Notes: generated from the letters alone by a model not told the origin. 64,000 nt of DNA from Candidatus Harrisonbacteria bacterium (GCA_016192685.1 JACPTS010000001.1:311647-375646); one strand, 5' to 3'. Counted from the first letter of the stretch, positions 1 to 10,526 are shown. Numbers and translations: made by a program.

Positions 1-195
1 ATCAATGGCGTTTTTGTGCCAGGAATTGAGAAAGAATTCGGTAAGCATTTCTTTTATTTGTCCATAGGTTGCTGGGAGCGGTTGGCGGTTTTCTCTTGAT
101 CGTTGTATAAATCTTCCTATTGCATGCCCCCCGATAACTACTTTTGATTTGTCAATGTCTGCCTCGCTGGCTATGACTCTGTTGTCAATTATCAC
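1..195 (-). CDS. hypothetical protein, runs off the left edge (only the 5' part is present)
   Basis: AAGGAGG SD followed by GTG at 195; frame open to position 1 (MIIDNRVIASEADIDKSKVVIGGHAIGRFIQR...). Confidence 0.55.
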   Translation of the reverse strand, partial: MIIDNRVIASEADIDKSKVVIGGHAIGRFIQRSRENRQPLPATYGQIKEMLTEFFLNSWHKNAID

Positions 196-253
196 AGCGC
201 ACGCCTCCTTTTATTCAGAATTAACTGCTATTATAAATGATAGCACTAAACTA

Positions 254-2380
254 TTATTTTGTCAATTGCTTGATGGAAAGCCCGATTTTTCCGTTTTCCA
301 TTTTAACGATTTTTGCCCGGACAAAATCTCCCAATCTTAAGACATCTTCCACTTTTTTGACGTAACCTTCTTTTAATTCGGAAACGTGAATCATCCCGTC
401 TTTGCCGCCGCCGAATTCCACGATGGCGCCGAATTCCAGAATTTTCACCACGGTCCCCTCCACAATATCGCCGATTTTATATTCTTTGGTAATCGCCATT
501 ACCTCGGCAAGCGCCTTCTGTCCGGTTTCCTGATTAGCGGCAGTAATGAATACCCGGCCGTCGTCTTCTATATCTATAGTAGTGACGCCGGTTTTTTCAA
601 TAATGCCGTTAATTACTTTGCCGCCCGGACCGATTAACCCCCCGATTAATTCCGGATTAATTTGAAGCGAAATAATGCTTGGCGCGAACGGCGAAAGCTG
701 CGGCCGCGGCGCGGATAGAGCTTGATTCATGGTTTTTAAGATTTCCAGCCGGGCTTCTTTTGCCTGCGCTAAAGTTTTTTCCAGCATTTCCGGGGTAATG
801 CCCTGGATTTTGACATCCATCTGGATGGCAGTGACGCCGGAATCCGTGCCGGCGGCTTTAAAATCCATATCGCCATGATGGTCTTCCGGGCCCTGGATAT
901 CAGTCAAAACCTTATAGGACTTATTGGACTTATTAGTTTTATCGGACTGATCAATCATAAGCCCCATCGCAATTCCGGCAGCCGGCTTTCTAATTGGCAC
1001 TCCGGCATCCATCAGTGATAAACTGCCGGCGCAAACCGTGGCCATGGAAGAAGAGCCGTTGGAAGAAAGAATTTCGGAAACCAAACGGATAGTATAAGGA
1101 AATTGTTCCTGTGCTGGAATTAAATTCCGGAGCGCTTTGTGGGCGAGATTGCCGTGGCCGATATCTCTTCGGCCCGGGCCGCGGAATGGGCCGATTTCCC
1201 CGACCGAATACGGCGGGAAATTGTAATGAAGCAAAAATCGGCGCTTGCCGGAAAATTCAACGGTTTCCACCAGTTGCTGGTCTCCCGGAGCGCCGAGAGT
1301 GGTGACCCCCAGAGCTTGGGTATTGCCGCGAATAAATAAAGCCGAGCCGTGGACGCGCGGCAAAAGCGCCACTTCGGAATGAAGCTCCCGAAGCTCGTTT
1401 AATTTCCGGCCGTCCGGCCGTTTTTCTTCCTTAAGAATTTTTTCGTGGACTAAGTCGTTGATTTCTTCTTCAAAAAGATTATTGGCCGCGATTAGCTCCT
1501 TTTCGGAATATTCCTTTTTTTCCAAATGTTCTTTCAGGGAATTTTTTAAGCCGCCCAAATTTTCATACATTTCCTGTTTATTGGGATTATAAACCGCTTT
1601 TTCCAGTTTGTTTTTGAGGAAACTCTTAATTTCTTTTTTTAATTTTTCATCCGGTTCAGCGAGGCCGACTTTTGCTTTCGGCTTGCCGATTTCTTTAATA
1701 ATAGTTTCTTGCCAATGGATAAGTTTTTGAATTTCTTTGTGTCCCTCGGAAAAGGCCCGCACTACTTCTGATTCTTGCGCTTCATTGCCTTCCAGCTCAA
1801 TCATATTTATCCGTTCTTTGGTTCCGGAGAGAAAAGCGTCCATTTCCATTTGGGCATTGGCAGTTTCGCTTAAATTGGGATTAAATTTTACTTCGGAAGC
1901 GCCTTTGGTTTTAAATATTTTTACTCCGGCCACCGGACCGTCCCAGGGAATCGGAGATATGGCAAGCGCCGCGGAAGCGGCCAGCAAGCCGATAAAATCC
2001 GGGTCATTTTCTCCGTCATAAGTTAAGACCGTTACTACCAGCTGGATTTCCCGCCGCATTTTTTGGTCAAAAAGCGGGCGGATGGTCCGGTCAATCAGCC
2101 GTCCGGTAAGAATTGCTTCGTCTGAAGACCGCCCCTCGCGCCGGACAAAGCGGCTGCCAAGAATTTTCCCGGCGGCATAAAATTTTTCTTCGTAATTTAC
2201 CATCAGCGGGAAATAATCTTTATCAATGTCTTTTTTACTCATGACTACCGTTGCCAAAACAGTGGTGTCGCCATAGCGCCCAAGTACCGAAGCATCGGCT
2301 TGATCCGCCAAGCGGGAAACTTCCAGCGTCAGCGGCTTTCCGGCGAAATCCATTTTAAATTGTTTCCGTCCTAAATTCAT
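254..2380 (-). CDS. pnp: polyribonucleotide nucleotidyltransferase (PNPase)
   Basis: two RNase PH domains (RTIRPLF, SNGSSSMA, GDMDFK), KH domain (IGPGGK) and C-terminal S1 domain. Confidence 0.98.
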   Translation of the reverse strand: MNLGRKQFKMDFAGKPLTLEVSRLADQADASVLGRYGDTTVLATVVMSKKDIDKDYFPLMVNYEEKFYAAGKILGSRFVRREGRSSDEAILTGRLIDRTIRPLFDQKMRREIQLVVTVLTYDGENDPDFIGLLAASAALAISPIPWDGPVAGVKIFKTKGASEVKFNPNLSETANAQMEMDAFLSGTKERINMIELEGNEAQESEVVRAFSEGHKEIQKLIHWQETIIKEIGKPKAKVGLAEPDEKLKKEIKSFLKNKLEKAVYNPNKQEMYENLGGLKNSLKEHLEKKEYSEKELIAANNLFEEEINDLVHEKILKEEKRPDGRKLNELRELHSEVALLPRVHGSALFIRGNTQALGVTTLGAPGDQQLVETVEFSGKRRFLLHYNFPPYSVGEIGPFRGPGRRDIGHGNLAHKALRNLIPAQEQFPYTIRLVSEILSSNGSSSMATVCAGSLSLMDAGVPIRKPAAGIAMGLMIDQSDKTNKSNKSYKVLTDIQGPEDHHGDMDFKAAGTDSGVTAIQMDVKIQGITPEMLEKTLAQAKEARLEILKTMNQALSAPRPQLSPFAPSIISLQINPELIGGLIGPGGKVINGIIEKTGVTTIDIEDDGRVFITAANQETGQKALAEVMAITKEYKIGDIVEGTVVKILEFGAIVEFGGGKDGMIHVSELKEGYVKKVEDVLRLGDFVRAKIVKMENGKIGLSIKQLTK

Positions 2381-2383
2381 AGT

Positions 2384-2884
2384 TTATTTTTTAAGCAGCA
2401 TTTTTGGCATTTCACCCAAATCAATAAATTCATCGGCTACCTCTTTTATTTTTCCGGAAGCGCTGCGGCCAAAAGCCGCCACTTCTACCGTCAGCCCTTT
2501 GCCCCATTTTAAATATTCCACCAGCGGGATAAAATCTCCGTCGCCGGTAACTAAAATTACCACGTCTAAAAGTTCGGACATTCGGATGGCGTCTACCGCC
2601 ATGCCCACGTCCCAATCCGCTTTTTTCATTCCGCCGGCGTAAATCTGCAAATCTTTGCTCCGAAGTTCCAAACCAGCCTTCACCAAAGCGTCAAAAAATT
2701 CCGCTTCGCCTTTGGCGGTTTCGCTTTTTACCACGTATGCCATGGCGCTGATAAGTTTTCGCCCGGCCACCAGCTCTTTCATCAATTCTTTATAATTGAC
2801 CCGAGCGTGATATAAGTTTTTAGAAGAGTGGTAGAGATTTTGGATGTCAATAAAAATTCCTACTCTCTGATCTTTTCGCTTCAT
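2384..2884 (-). CDS. NYN/LabA-DUF88 PIN-like nuclease domain protein
   Basis: IFIDIQN, K.DWDVGMAVDA and LVTGDGDF motifs; ATG at 2884 preferred to the ORF-track start at 2902. Confidence 0.88.
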   Translation of the reverse strand: MKRKDQRVGIFIDIQNLYHSSKNLYHARVNYKELMKELVAGRKLISAMAYVVKSETAKGEAEFFDALVKAGLELRSKDLQIYAGGMKKADWDVGMAVDAIRMSELLDVVILVTGDGDFIPLVEYLKWGKGLTVEVAAFGRSASGKIKEVADEFIDLGEMPKMLLKK

Positions 2885-3027
2885 TTGCTTTATGTAACGC
2901 AAACGATGCGAACATATACGGATACTGCCAACAAATTATTTTGTTCGCGGCATTCGCATACATTCGCCCGTCCTCCGCAGTAGCTGTCGCTACAGCTACG
3001 GAGGATGGATAGGTTTGCATTGTGTAT

Positions 3028-3294
3028 TTATTTTTTTAATCCTAATTTTTTAATTAAAGTAGTATAAGTTTTTGAATTTCTCTTGGAGAGATAATCCAAT
3101 AACCTTTTTCTTTTGCCGACCATTTTTAATAGCCCTCTTCGGGAGAGGTTGTCTTTCCGGTGCTTTTTAAGGTGTCCGGTTAATTCTTCAATGTTTTTGG
3201 TTAAAAGCGCCACCTGTACCTGGGGTGAACCAGTGTCGGTCTCGTGCTCGCCGTGTTCTTTTAAAATATTCAATTTTTGCCTGGTAGTTAACAT
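3028..3294 (-). CDS. rpsO: 30S ribosomal protein S15
   Basis: [13 protein letters not shown] and [19 protein letters not shown]; upstream of pnp. Confidence 0.98.
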   Translation of the reverse strand: MLTTRQKLNILKEHGEHETDTGSPQVQVALLTKNIEELTGHLKKHRKDNLSRRGLLKMVGKRKRLLDYLSKRNSKTYTTLIKKLGLKK

Positions 3295-3374
3295 TGTTAT
3301 TTATTATATTATATTTCTTTAAAAAAATCAAGCCCTTTATCTGTCGCAAAACGTTTTCCTGATATAATGAAAAT

Positions 3375-4286
3375 ATGGCATCAATCGAAAAATCTTTAAA
3401 AGACTACCTGGATTATCTGGAAATTGAGAAAAATCGTTCGCCGAAAACGCGGGAGAATTACGAACGATATTTAAAAGCATTTATAAATTTTTCTAAAATT
3501 AAAAAGCCGGAAAAAATTACGGCGGAAAATATAAAAAACTTCCGGGCGCATTTGGCAAGAAAAGAAAATCTTAAGAAGCTGACACAAACTTATTACGCCA
3601 TTGCCATAAGGAACTTTTTAAAATATCTGATTAAAAACGATTACGAAGTTTTATCGCCGGACAAAATTGAATTGCCCAAAATCGCCCGACGGCAGATTGA
3701 TATTATTGAATACGCGGATTTGGAAAGGTTTTTAGCGGCGCCGGCGCAAAACACTTTGCGCGGCCTGCGGGACCGGGCGATTTTGGAAATGCTTTTTTCC
3801 ACCGGCCTCCGTATTTCCGAACTTTGTAATTTAGACCGCTATCTTAATTTAAATCGCGGAGAAATCACGGTTCGCGGTAAGGGTGAAAAATTAAGAGTGG
3901 TATTTTTGTCTGACCGCGCCAAAGCCGCGATAAAAAATTGGCTGGACAAACGCACCGATACTTTGGAACATTTGTTTATCAGCTTTTCTAAACAGACTTC
4001 GCCGCTTGCCCAGCCGAAAGTAATCGGAAAAATCACGCCGCGGGCAGTCCAGCGCTTGGTGGAATTTTATCGCCGCAAAGCCGGCATCGCCAAAAATATT
4101 ACTCCCCACCAACTTCGCCACCAATTTGCCACTGATTTATTGGTGAACGGCGCGGATTTGCGTTCGGTGCAGGAACTGCTTGGCCACAGCAATATCTCTA
4201 CTACCCAAATTTATACTCATCTTACCAATAAAGAATTGCGGGAAGTCCATAAATCTTTTCATGCCGCCCGCCGGAAGCGATATTGA
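3375..4286 (+). CDS. XerC/XerD-like tyrosine recombinase
   Basis: N-terminal SAM-like domain, RDRAILE..STGLRISEL, GKG.K.R, TPHQLRHQFAT, LLGHSNISTTQIYTH. Confidence 0.93.
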   Translation: MASIEKSLKDYLDYLEIEKNRSPKTRENYERYLKAFINFSKIKKPEKITAENIKNFRAHLARKENLKKLTQTYYAIAIRNFLKYLIKNDYEVLSPDKIELPKIARRQIDIIEYADLERFLAAPAQNTLRGLRDRAILEMLFSTGLRISELCNLDRYLNLNRGEITVRGKGEKLRVVFLSDRAKAAIKNWLDKRTDTLEHLFISFSKQTSPLAQPKVIGKITPRAVQRLVEFYRRKAGIAKNITPHQLRHQFATDLLVNGADLRSVQELLGHSNISTTQIYTHLTNKELREVHKSFHAARRKRY

Positions 4287-4353
4287 CTTTCGTTTATAAT
4301 TATGTTATAAATTTATAAGCTGTTCGTTAATTCTTACATAAAGGGGAGGGATA

Positions 4354-4557
4354 ATGACGATAAATCCGGGCTTCAGGGACAGAAGTCTTACGGCGGTGGA
4401 AAGGAGAGCCGCAGAGCTGATTCCGGCAGAGGAAAAGTTGGACAAGGTTCTGCCTATTCTTCAGCAGGCGAATAACCTGCGAGTGTGTGACCGGTGCGGC
4501 ATGTTCCGGAAAGTCTGCCGAAGTTCCTGCCGGAAACACCCCGTCTTACGTCCCTAA
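4354..4557 (+). CDS. small hypothetical protein with Cys cluster (CDRC..C...C)
   Basis: GGAGG SD before ATG; followed by a palindromic terminator-like hairpin. Confidence 0.45.
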   Translation: MTINPGFRDRSLTAVERRAAELIPAEEKLDKVLPILQQANNLRVCDRCGMFRKVCRSSCRKHPVLRP

Positions 4558-4567
4558 GCTGATTCAA

Positions 4568-4599
4568 AAAAGCCCATTCTCAATTGAGAATGGGCTTTT
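4568..4599. terminator. bidirectional terminator-like perfect 32-bp palindrome
   Basis: AAAAGCCCATTCTCAA|TTGAGAATGGGCTTTT between convergent genes. Confidence 0.65.
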
Positions 4600-5272
4600 A
4601 GCTTAAAAATATCCTCCAGACAGCATCAGTCGCGCCGTGAACAAGGATGGGTACTATTATATTTTCCGATTCCAGATAGGCAAGGCCGTAAATAAGGCCA
4701 GCCAGAAATGCCAGGCCAACATATTTCCAATTGGGGAAAATTCCGCCGCCGGAAAGATGGCTGTAAATGCAGGCAAAAATTGCCGTAGTAATTAAAAGCG
4801 CCAGCCAATCATTCACCCATTTTCTTAATAAGTTAAGAATCAGGCCGCGGAAAATTAATTCTTCGCTTGGCGCCACAAACAGGAAATAGCCGGCAAACGT
4901 TTCCAGGATTAATTTTGGATTTTCAATCGGATGGAATTTTAAAAATCCGATGGCAAAACCGATTGGCAGAATCAGCACTGCCAGCATAGCAAGATAATCC
5001 CTTATCAGCAGAAGTTCATATTTAGAAAAGCTAAAATTTAATTTAATGCCACGGTTTTTTAAGTAGAAAAGCGCCAGCAGAATTAAAATAGTCGCGGAGA
5101 TTTCATAAGCATAGCCAAGGCCCAAATCAATAAGATAATTTTGCCAAATCTTTAAATTAAAAATCTGCCACGAACTTAAAAAGAATAAAATATCCCAGCG
5201 ATTTAAAGAATTCGTATTTTTAGTTTTCAAAATACAGCAAAGAGATAAGGCAATGCTTAACCAAAAAAGCAT
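4598..5272 (-). CDS. CPBP (Abi/CAAX) family intramembrane metalloprotease
   Basis: multiple TM helices; EELIFRG, FACIYSH and PILVHGATD motifs. Confidence 0.88.
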   Translation of the reverse strand: MLFWLSIALSLCCILKTKNTNSLNRWDILFFLSSWQIFNLKIWQNYLIDLGLGYAYEISATILILLALFYLKNRGIKLNFSFSKYELLLIRDYLAMLAVLILPIGFAIGFLKFHPIENPKLILETFAGYFLFVAPSEELIFRGLILNLLRKWVNDWLALLITTAIFACIYSHLSGGGIFPNWKYVGLAFLAGLIYGLAYLESENIIVPILVHGATDAVWRIFLS

Positions 5273-5336
5273 TTATCCTCCATTTACTTTCTTAAAAGAG
5301 ATTATCAGAAAAAATTTACTTTTTCAATTTCCGAAC

Positions 5337-5420
5337 TGGTGCTCGGGGTGGGACTCGAACCCACATGCCTTGCGGCGCATCCTCTTAAGGGATGTGCGTA
5401 TGCCATTTCGCCACCCGAGC
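5337..5420 (-). tRNA. tRNA-Leu(TAA)
   Basis: cloverleaf with long variable arm; anticodon arm CATCC-CTTAAGA-GGATG; encoded CCA. Confidence 0.95.
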
Positions 5421-5464
5421 ATTTTTAGAATTTTAAATTGTTTAATTATAAAATTCAAATTTTG

Positions 5465-5536
5465 AGGCCACGGCCGGAATCGAACCGGCGAATAACTCTT
5501 TTGCAGAGAGTTGCCTTACCACTTGGCTACGTGGCC
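5465..5536 (-). tRNA. tRNA-Cys(GCA)
   Basis: GGCCACG acceptor stem; anticodon loop CTGCAAA; GTTCGATT T-loop. Confidence 0.95.
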
Positions 5537-5551
5537 AACAAAATCATTTTA

Positions 5552-5896
5552 TTAGTTTTTTTGCTCTTTTTCAATCTTTATAAAAGTTTTTTCAATTTCC
5601 GCCGCTTTTTCTAATCCCAAATCTAACTTAAATCTAATTTCCGGCATCGGCTTGATATTTATTTTTTTCAAAAGCAAATGCCGCAAATTTTTCTGATTTT
5701 GAATTAAAATTTTCAATACTTCTTCGCCTTTTTCAGCCGGAATTACGGAAACCTTAACTGCCGCGTAATCCAAATCCTTTTGCGCCTCTACTCCAACCAC
5801 CGTCATCAAAGCCCCGGGAAATTCCAGTTCTTTTAAAATAAGCTTGTCTAACTCTTCTCTTATTAAACTTTCCACCCTTTGATGCCGTTGGTACAT
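5552..5896 (-). CDS. rbfA: ribosome-binding factor A
   Basis: R..RV.SLIREEL, DL.YA.V.VS, PEIRFKLD; directly downstream of infB. Confidence 0.92.
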   Translation of the reverse strand: MYQRHQRVESLIREELDKLILKELEFPGALMTVVGVEAQKDLDYAAVKVSVIPAEKGEEVLKILIQNQKNLRHLLLKKINIKPMPEIRFKLDLGLEKAAEIEKTFIKIEKEQKN

Positions 5897-7380
5897 TACT
5901 TAGATAGAAGTTTATCTCCAACCTGGATTTTAATATCGGATTCAAAAATCAGCCCGCACTCATTGCCCTCATTCACGGCATTAACATCTTTTTTCCCTTG
6001 CTGAAGATTTAAAACTTTTCCCTTGCCGATAATTTCTTCGCCCCTTTGTATTTCCAGCCAGGATTTTATCCTAATCTGCCCGCGATTAACCCGGCCGCCG
6101 ATAGTTTGTTTGCCGCCCTTCGCGCCGAAAACGGCCAGGATTTCCAGCTCGCCGCTGTATTTGCTTTTGCCCATTTCCAAAAAGGTTTTCTCAATTCCTT
6201 CCACTAATTTATAAATAATTTCATCTGTTACTATAGTAATTTCCTGCGCCCGCGCTAAATTTTCCGCGGCTTTATTCGGTTTAGTCCGGAACCCTAAAAT
6301 CATCGCTTTGGTGGCGACGGCGTCTTTGATATCGCCATCGGTAATTTCCCCGACCGATTGGCCGATAACATCCAAAGTCTGATTTTCTTTAATTGGAATT
6401 TTTCGCAAAAGATCATGCAGGGCTTCCAATGAGCCGGCGACATCGGCTTTTAAAATTACTTTGATAGTCTGGGATTCTTTATTGCTGGTGTCTGAAGCCC
6501 CCAATTTTTTGGATGCCGTTTTAGTAACTTTTTTCAAGTCTTCTTCAGAAAGCTGGCCAGAAATAAATTCTTCGCCGATCTCCGGCAAACTTTCAAATCC
6601 TAAAATTACCGCCGGACTGGACGGCTGAAGTTCGGTTACCGGTTTTCCCAAAAAATTTTCTAAAATTTTTACCTTGCCTTTGGCGGTGGCAGTCGCAATA
6701 AGGTCTCCTTTTTTTAGTCCTCCGTCTTTTAAAATAACCGTGACTGTATTTCCTCGCTTATTGTCTAATTTTGCTTCTAAAATTACTCCGGCAGCCCGGT
6801 GTTCTGGATTATAATGAAGTTCTTCTAAGTCGGCAGTAAGCAAAATTAAATCTAGAAGCTCATTGATACCCTCGCCGGTTTTGGAAGAAACGCCTTGATG
6901 ACTGATATTGCCGCCATAACCTTCCAATAATACGCCGTTGGCGGTTAAATCATTTTTTACCCTTTCTAAATCCGCGTTTGGCTTGTCGGTTTTTGTCATT
7001 GCCACCACAAAAGGCGTTTCCGAATCTTGCAGGGCTTTCAAGGCTTCTTTGGTTTGCGGTTTTACCCCTTCGTCAGCGGCAACCACTAAAATTCCGACAT
7101 CTGCCACATGCGCGCCCCGAACCCGCATCTTGGAAAACGCCTCGTGTCCGGGAGTATCAATAAAAGTGATTTTTCGGCCGCCATGCTCAATTTCATAAGC
7201 GCCAACCGATTGAGTTATACCCCCGGCCTCTTTTAAGGCAACGTTAGTTTTTCGGACATAATCAAGCAAACTGGTTTTGCCGTGGTCAACATGCCCAACC
7301 ACTACTACCACCGGCGGGCGCTTTTCAGCCATAGGCTGATCCGCCTTCGGCGGAAAATTTTTCACATTTTCTTCATTCAT
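5896..7380 (-). CDS. infB: translation initiation factor IF-2 (short form lacking the N-terminal domain)
   Basis: RPPVVVVVGHVDHGKTSLLD, EAGGITQ, FIDTPGHEAF, ECG near the C-terminus. Confidence 0.97.
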   Translation of the reverse strand: MNEENVKNFPPKADQPMAEKRPPVVVVVGHVDHGKTSLLDYVRKTNVALKEAGGITQSVGAYEIEHGGRKITFIDTPGHEAFSKMRVRGAHVADVGILVVAADEGVKPQTKEALKALQDSETPFVVAMTKTDKPNADLERVKNDLTANGVLLEGYGGNISHQGVSSKTGEGINELLDLILLTADLEELHYNPEHRAAGVILEAKLDNKRGNTVTVILKDGGLKKGDLIATATAKGKVKILENFLGKPVTELQPSSPAVILGFESLPEIGEEFISGQLSEEDLKKVTKTASKKLGASDTSNKESQTIKVILKADVAGSLEALHDLLRKIPIKENQTLDVIGQSVGEITDGDIKDAVATKAMILGFRTKPNKAAENLARAQEITIVTDEIIYKLVEGIEKTFLEMGKSKYSGELEILAVFGAKGGKQTIGGRVNRGQIRIKSWLEIQRGEEIIGKGKVLNLQQGKKDVNAVNEGNECGLIFESDIKIQVGDKLLSK

Positions 7381-7453
7381 AAGGATTTACTTAAAATAAC
7401 AGAAAATTTAATAATTTACAAATATTAAAATTTAAATTAAACTCAATTGATAC

Positions 7454-7540
7454 GGAGGTGTGGCCGAGTGGCTTAAGGCAGCATCCTGCTAAGATGTTAA
7501 CCGGGAAACCGGTTCGAAGGTTCGAATCCTTCCACCTCCG
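7454..7540 (+). tRNA. tRNA-Ser(GCT)
   Basis: GGAGGTG acceptor; anticodon loop CTGCTAA; long variable arm; GTTCGAATCC. Confidence 0.95.
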
Positions 7541-7556
7541 CAAAAATTAAAAATTT

Positions 7557-7994
7557 ATGAATTTTGAAAAAATGCCAAAAGAAAAAACAAAATTTTTAAT
7601 ATCGGAATCGGAACTGGAATTTGAAACCAGCCGGAGCGGCGGCAAAGGCGGCCAGAATGTTAATAAGGTGGAAACGAAAGTCGCAGTTCGCTGGGATTTC
7701 AGGAATTCGCCGGCCCTAACCGAAGAACAAAAATATTTGATTGCCGAAAATCCGATTCTTAAAAATAGAATCAATGAGGCGGGGGAAATACTTATCTATT
7801 CCCAAGCCGAACGTTCCCAGGCGCAAAATCGGGAAAAAGCGATTGTAATTTTAAATGATTTAGTGAATCAGGCGCTGGCAGTTCCGGAAGAGCGGAAAGA
7901 AACTAAAGTGCCAAGGCGGGAAAAAGAAAAACGGCTGGAAGAAAAAAGTAAAAAATCAGAAAAGAAAGCATTGAGAAAAAAAGAAAATTATTAA
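7557..7994 (+). CDS. arfB: alternative ribosome rescue peptidyl-tRNA hydrolase ArfB
   Basis: SRSGGKGGQNVNKVETKV, ERSQAQNRE, basic C-terminal tail. Confidence 0.92.
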   Translation: MNFEKMPKEKTKFLISESELEFETSRSGGKGGQNVNKVETKVAVRWDFRNSPALTEEQKYLIAENPILKNRINEAGEILIYSQAERSQAQNREKAIVILNDLVNQALAVPEERKETKVPRREKEKRLEEKSKKSEKKALRKKENY

Positions 7995-8035
7995 ACGCCC
8001 CCGCTTTGCGGAGGCGTTTTTGTTAAAATTAAAAT

Positions 8036-8998
8036 ATGAAGATTAGAGTCGCGGTTTTAATGGGCGGGCCTTCGTCAGAACACGAGGTTTCTTTGAAAAC
8101 CGGGGAAATGATTTTAAAAAATTTGAATCCGGAAAAATTCGCGGCCTTTCCGGTAAAAATAGAGAAAAACGGCTCTTGGCCGATAACTTTAAAAGAATTA
8201 AAAGAGAAATGTGATATCGCTTTTATTGCCATGCACGGTGAATACGGCGAAGACGGCCAACTGCAAAGCATTTTGGAAGTTTTTAAAATTCCTTATACCG
8301 GTTCTGGGCCGATTGTGAGTGCTTTGGCGATAGACAAGCAAAAAACCGCTCAATTGCTTTCCCAAAACGGCTTGCTTGCCCCGGAGGCAATTTTGGTAAA
8401 AAGGAACGACTCCTATGCTGAATGGGCGATTCAGAAAAGCTTTTCTACCCCGTTAGTAATTAAGCCGGCTGACCGGGGATCAAGCGTTGGCGTAAGTTTA
8501 GTTTCCGTCCGGAATAAATTAAAAGAAGCCATTGCCCGGGCTGGTAATTATTCCGAATCCGTGATGGCCCAGCGTTATATTCAGGGGCGGGAAGTTACCT
8601 GCGGAGTTTTGGAAATCAACGGCACTGCTATCCCGCTGGTTCCCACCGAAATTATCCCGAAACAAGGAATAATTTTTGATTACCGTGCCAAATACGCGAT
8701 CGGCGGCTCTGACGAAATTACTCCGCCAAACCTTCCGAGAAAAACCGTTAAAAATATCCAGATGATTGCTTTGAAAGCGCATAAATTATTGGGATGTTCC
8801 GGAATGTCCAGAACTGATATGATATTAACTGACGCAGGAAATTTATATATTTTGGAATTAAACACTATTCCCGGAATGACGGAAACCAGCCTTTTGCCTC
8901 AGCAAGCGGCGGCGATGGGCATAAATTTTCCTCAGCTTTTAGAAATAATTATTCGTAGCAGCCTGCAAAAACACGAAAAGTATGGAAAAGGAAATTAA
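8036..8998 (+). CDS. ddl: D-alanine--D-alanine ligase
   Basis: VLMGGPSSEHEVSL, HGEYGEDG, KP...GSSVGV, LELNTIPGMT. Confidence 0.96.
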   Translation: MKIRVAVLMGGPSSEHEVSLKTGEMILKNLNPEKFAAFPVKIEKNGSWPITLKELKEKCDIAFIAMHGEYGEDGQLQSILEVFKIPYTGSGPIVSALAIDKQKTAQLLSQNGLLAPEAILVKRNDSYAEWAIQKSFSTPLVIKPADRGSSVGVSLVSVRNKLKEAIARAGNYSESVMAQRYIQGREVTCGVLEINGTAIPLVPTEIIPKQGIIFDYRAKYAIGGSDEITPPNLPRKTVKNIQMIALKAHKLLGCSGMSRTDMILTDAGNLYILELNTIPGMTETSLLPQQAAAMGINFPQLLEIIIRSSLQKHEKYGKGN

Positions 8999-9455
8999 AG
9001 AAATAATCTGGCAAGCGTCAGAATTTAAGTACCAGTATAAAGATGTTTCCTGGTACTGGCTGACGATTATCGCCGCCGGCATTTTATTTTTGGTTTCCCT
9101 CTGGCAGGGGAATTTTCTTTTCGCTTTATTTATCGTGATTGCCGAAGCCACTCTGCTTTTTTGGGCTAAGGAACTGCCGAAAGTTATTCATTTTAAACTG
9201 GACAAAAAAGGCATTCAACTGGGGAAAATAAAATCTTATCAATACGAAGATTTAAAAGGATTTCATATCCGGGAAAGGGAGGAGGGGGCTTCGGAATTAA
9301 TTTTAAAAACCAGGAATAAGCTGCATCCTTATCTTAAAATTTTAATCGTTAATAAAGATATTCCGGAAATTAAAGAATTTTTAAAAAAGCATTTGGAGGA
9401 AATAGAATACGAGGAATCTTTATCCGAAAGCTTAGCCGAAAAGATTGGATTTTAA
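8982..9455 (+). CDS. conserved hypothetical membrane protein (CPR type, two TM helices plus soluble C-terminal domain)
   Basis: W.A.EF....K...WYW followed by two TM segments; overlaps the ddl stop. Confidence 0.7.
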   Translation: MEKEIKEIIWQASEFKYQYKDVSWYWLTIIAAGILFLVSLWQGNFLFALFIVIAEATLLFWAKELPKVIHFKLDKKGIQLGKIKSYQYEDLKGFHIREREEGASELILKTRNKLHPYLKILIVNKDIPEIKEFLKKHLEEIEYEESLSESLAEKIGF

Positions 9456-9538
9456 ATAAGATTTTTTGTCTTGGTATTGAAAAATAATCCTAAAAGGATT
9501 ATTTTTTAATTAGATTCAAGATTGAAAACTGAAGACAG

Positions 9539-10318
9539 GTGGCCAATCGAGTCTGGGTGTTTGATTTAGACGGCACATTAATGAACACTTTAGATTTGTA
9601 CGAAAAACCAAGAGAAAAAGCTTATGCCCTCATTACTGAAATTTTAGGAGACAAATCCCCCGCCTTAAATGAAATTAAAGAAAGACACAGTAAATTAGAT
9701 AAAGAACTGATTCCTGCCATTGATCCCTCAACCGGCAAACCTTATCTTTATACCAAACGGCGCTTCCCGACTTCTTTCGTGGAAATTTTTAAAATTTTAT
9801 GCAAAGAATCCGGGTTAGAATTAAGCGCTTCCGACGAAAGAAGGTATTATAATCAGCTTTATAAGATTGGCCTGGAAGCATTTAAGAAAGAAAGGTATAA
9901 AAGGAAAATTAAGCCGCAGGCTTTTACCGTTGTCCGGTTTTTGCGCAGACAAGAAGATATTTTGGTTATTTTGACCAAGGGTGATAAAGGCGTTCAAAAC
10001 GATAAAAAAGGCGCATTAAAGGAAGCTGGCCTGTTAAAGTTTTTTAAGGAATTTATTACCGTGCCCGACAATAAAGAGAAAGCTTTTAGAGATATTATGA
10101 AGCGATATCCAGCAGAGAGCTATTATAGCATCGGCGATACTTATGGCTGGGACATTCTTCCGGCAATAAAATCCGGATATTTCGGGATATACATCCCCTC
10201 TGCGGCAAATTGGATGGAAATAGGCAAGCTGAAAAAAATAGAGCGGCAAAGGAGTAAAATCAGGTCTAACCGATATGAAAGTTTAATTGAAATAAAGGAA
10301 AAATATGACTATTTGTGA
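9539..10318 (+). CDS. HAD superfamily hydrolase
   Basis: FDLDGTL motif I, LTKG motif II, SIGDTYGWDI motif IV. Confidence 0.85.
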   Translation: MANRVWVFDLDGTLMNTLDLYEKPREKAYALITEILGDKSPALNEIKERHSKLDKELIPAIDPSTGKPYLYTKRRFPTSFVEIFKILCKESGLELSASDERRYYNQLYKIGLEAFKKERYKRKIKPQAFTVVRFLRRQEDILVILTKGDKGVQNDKKGALKEAGLLKFFKEFITVPDNKEKAFRDIMKRYPAESYYSIGDTYGWDILPAIKSGYFGIYIPSAANWMEIGKLKKIERQRSKIRSNRYESLIEIKEKYDYL

Positions 10319-10526
10319 AACACCCTATTAAAGGGTGTTTTTTAATGGTGTGAAACATTTTGTGAAACATTGGTGTAAACTTTGTGCTTAAACAGCCCAG
10401 CACCCAGTTACATGAAACAATTTTATAGAGGGTAATATAAATTAAGCAAAGTGTTTCACGCTTATTTTGTGAAACATCCGGCATTTTTTAAGCTCAAAGT
10501 AGTTAGGGTACCGTTACGTGAAACAC
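10314..10526. repeat. cluster of GTGAAACA/TGTTTCAC (parS half-site-like) octamers
   Basis: copies near 10315, 10350, 10362, 10412 (ATGAAACA variant), 10452 (inverted), 10469 and 10518. Confidence 0.6.

Noticed and set aside
3375-4286. Integron integrase or prophage integrase acting on the structured repeats
   Set aside because: Looks like a housekeeping Xer recombinase: no evident IntI-specific insertion, no adjacent cassette array or phage genes, and the nearest repeat is more than 10 kb away.
5896-7380. Truncated infB and valS as pseudogenes
   Set aside because: All catalytic motifs are intact and the frames are open; compact forms are expected in reduced genomes.
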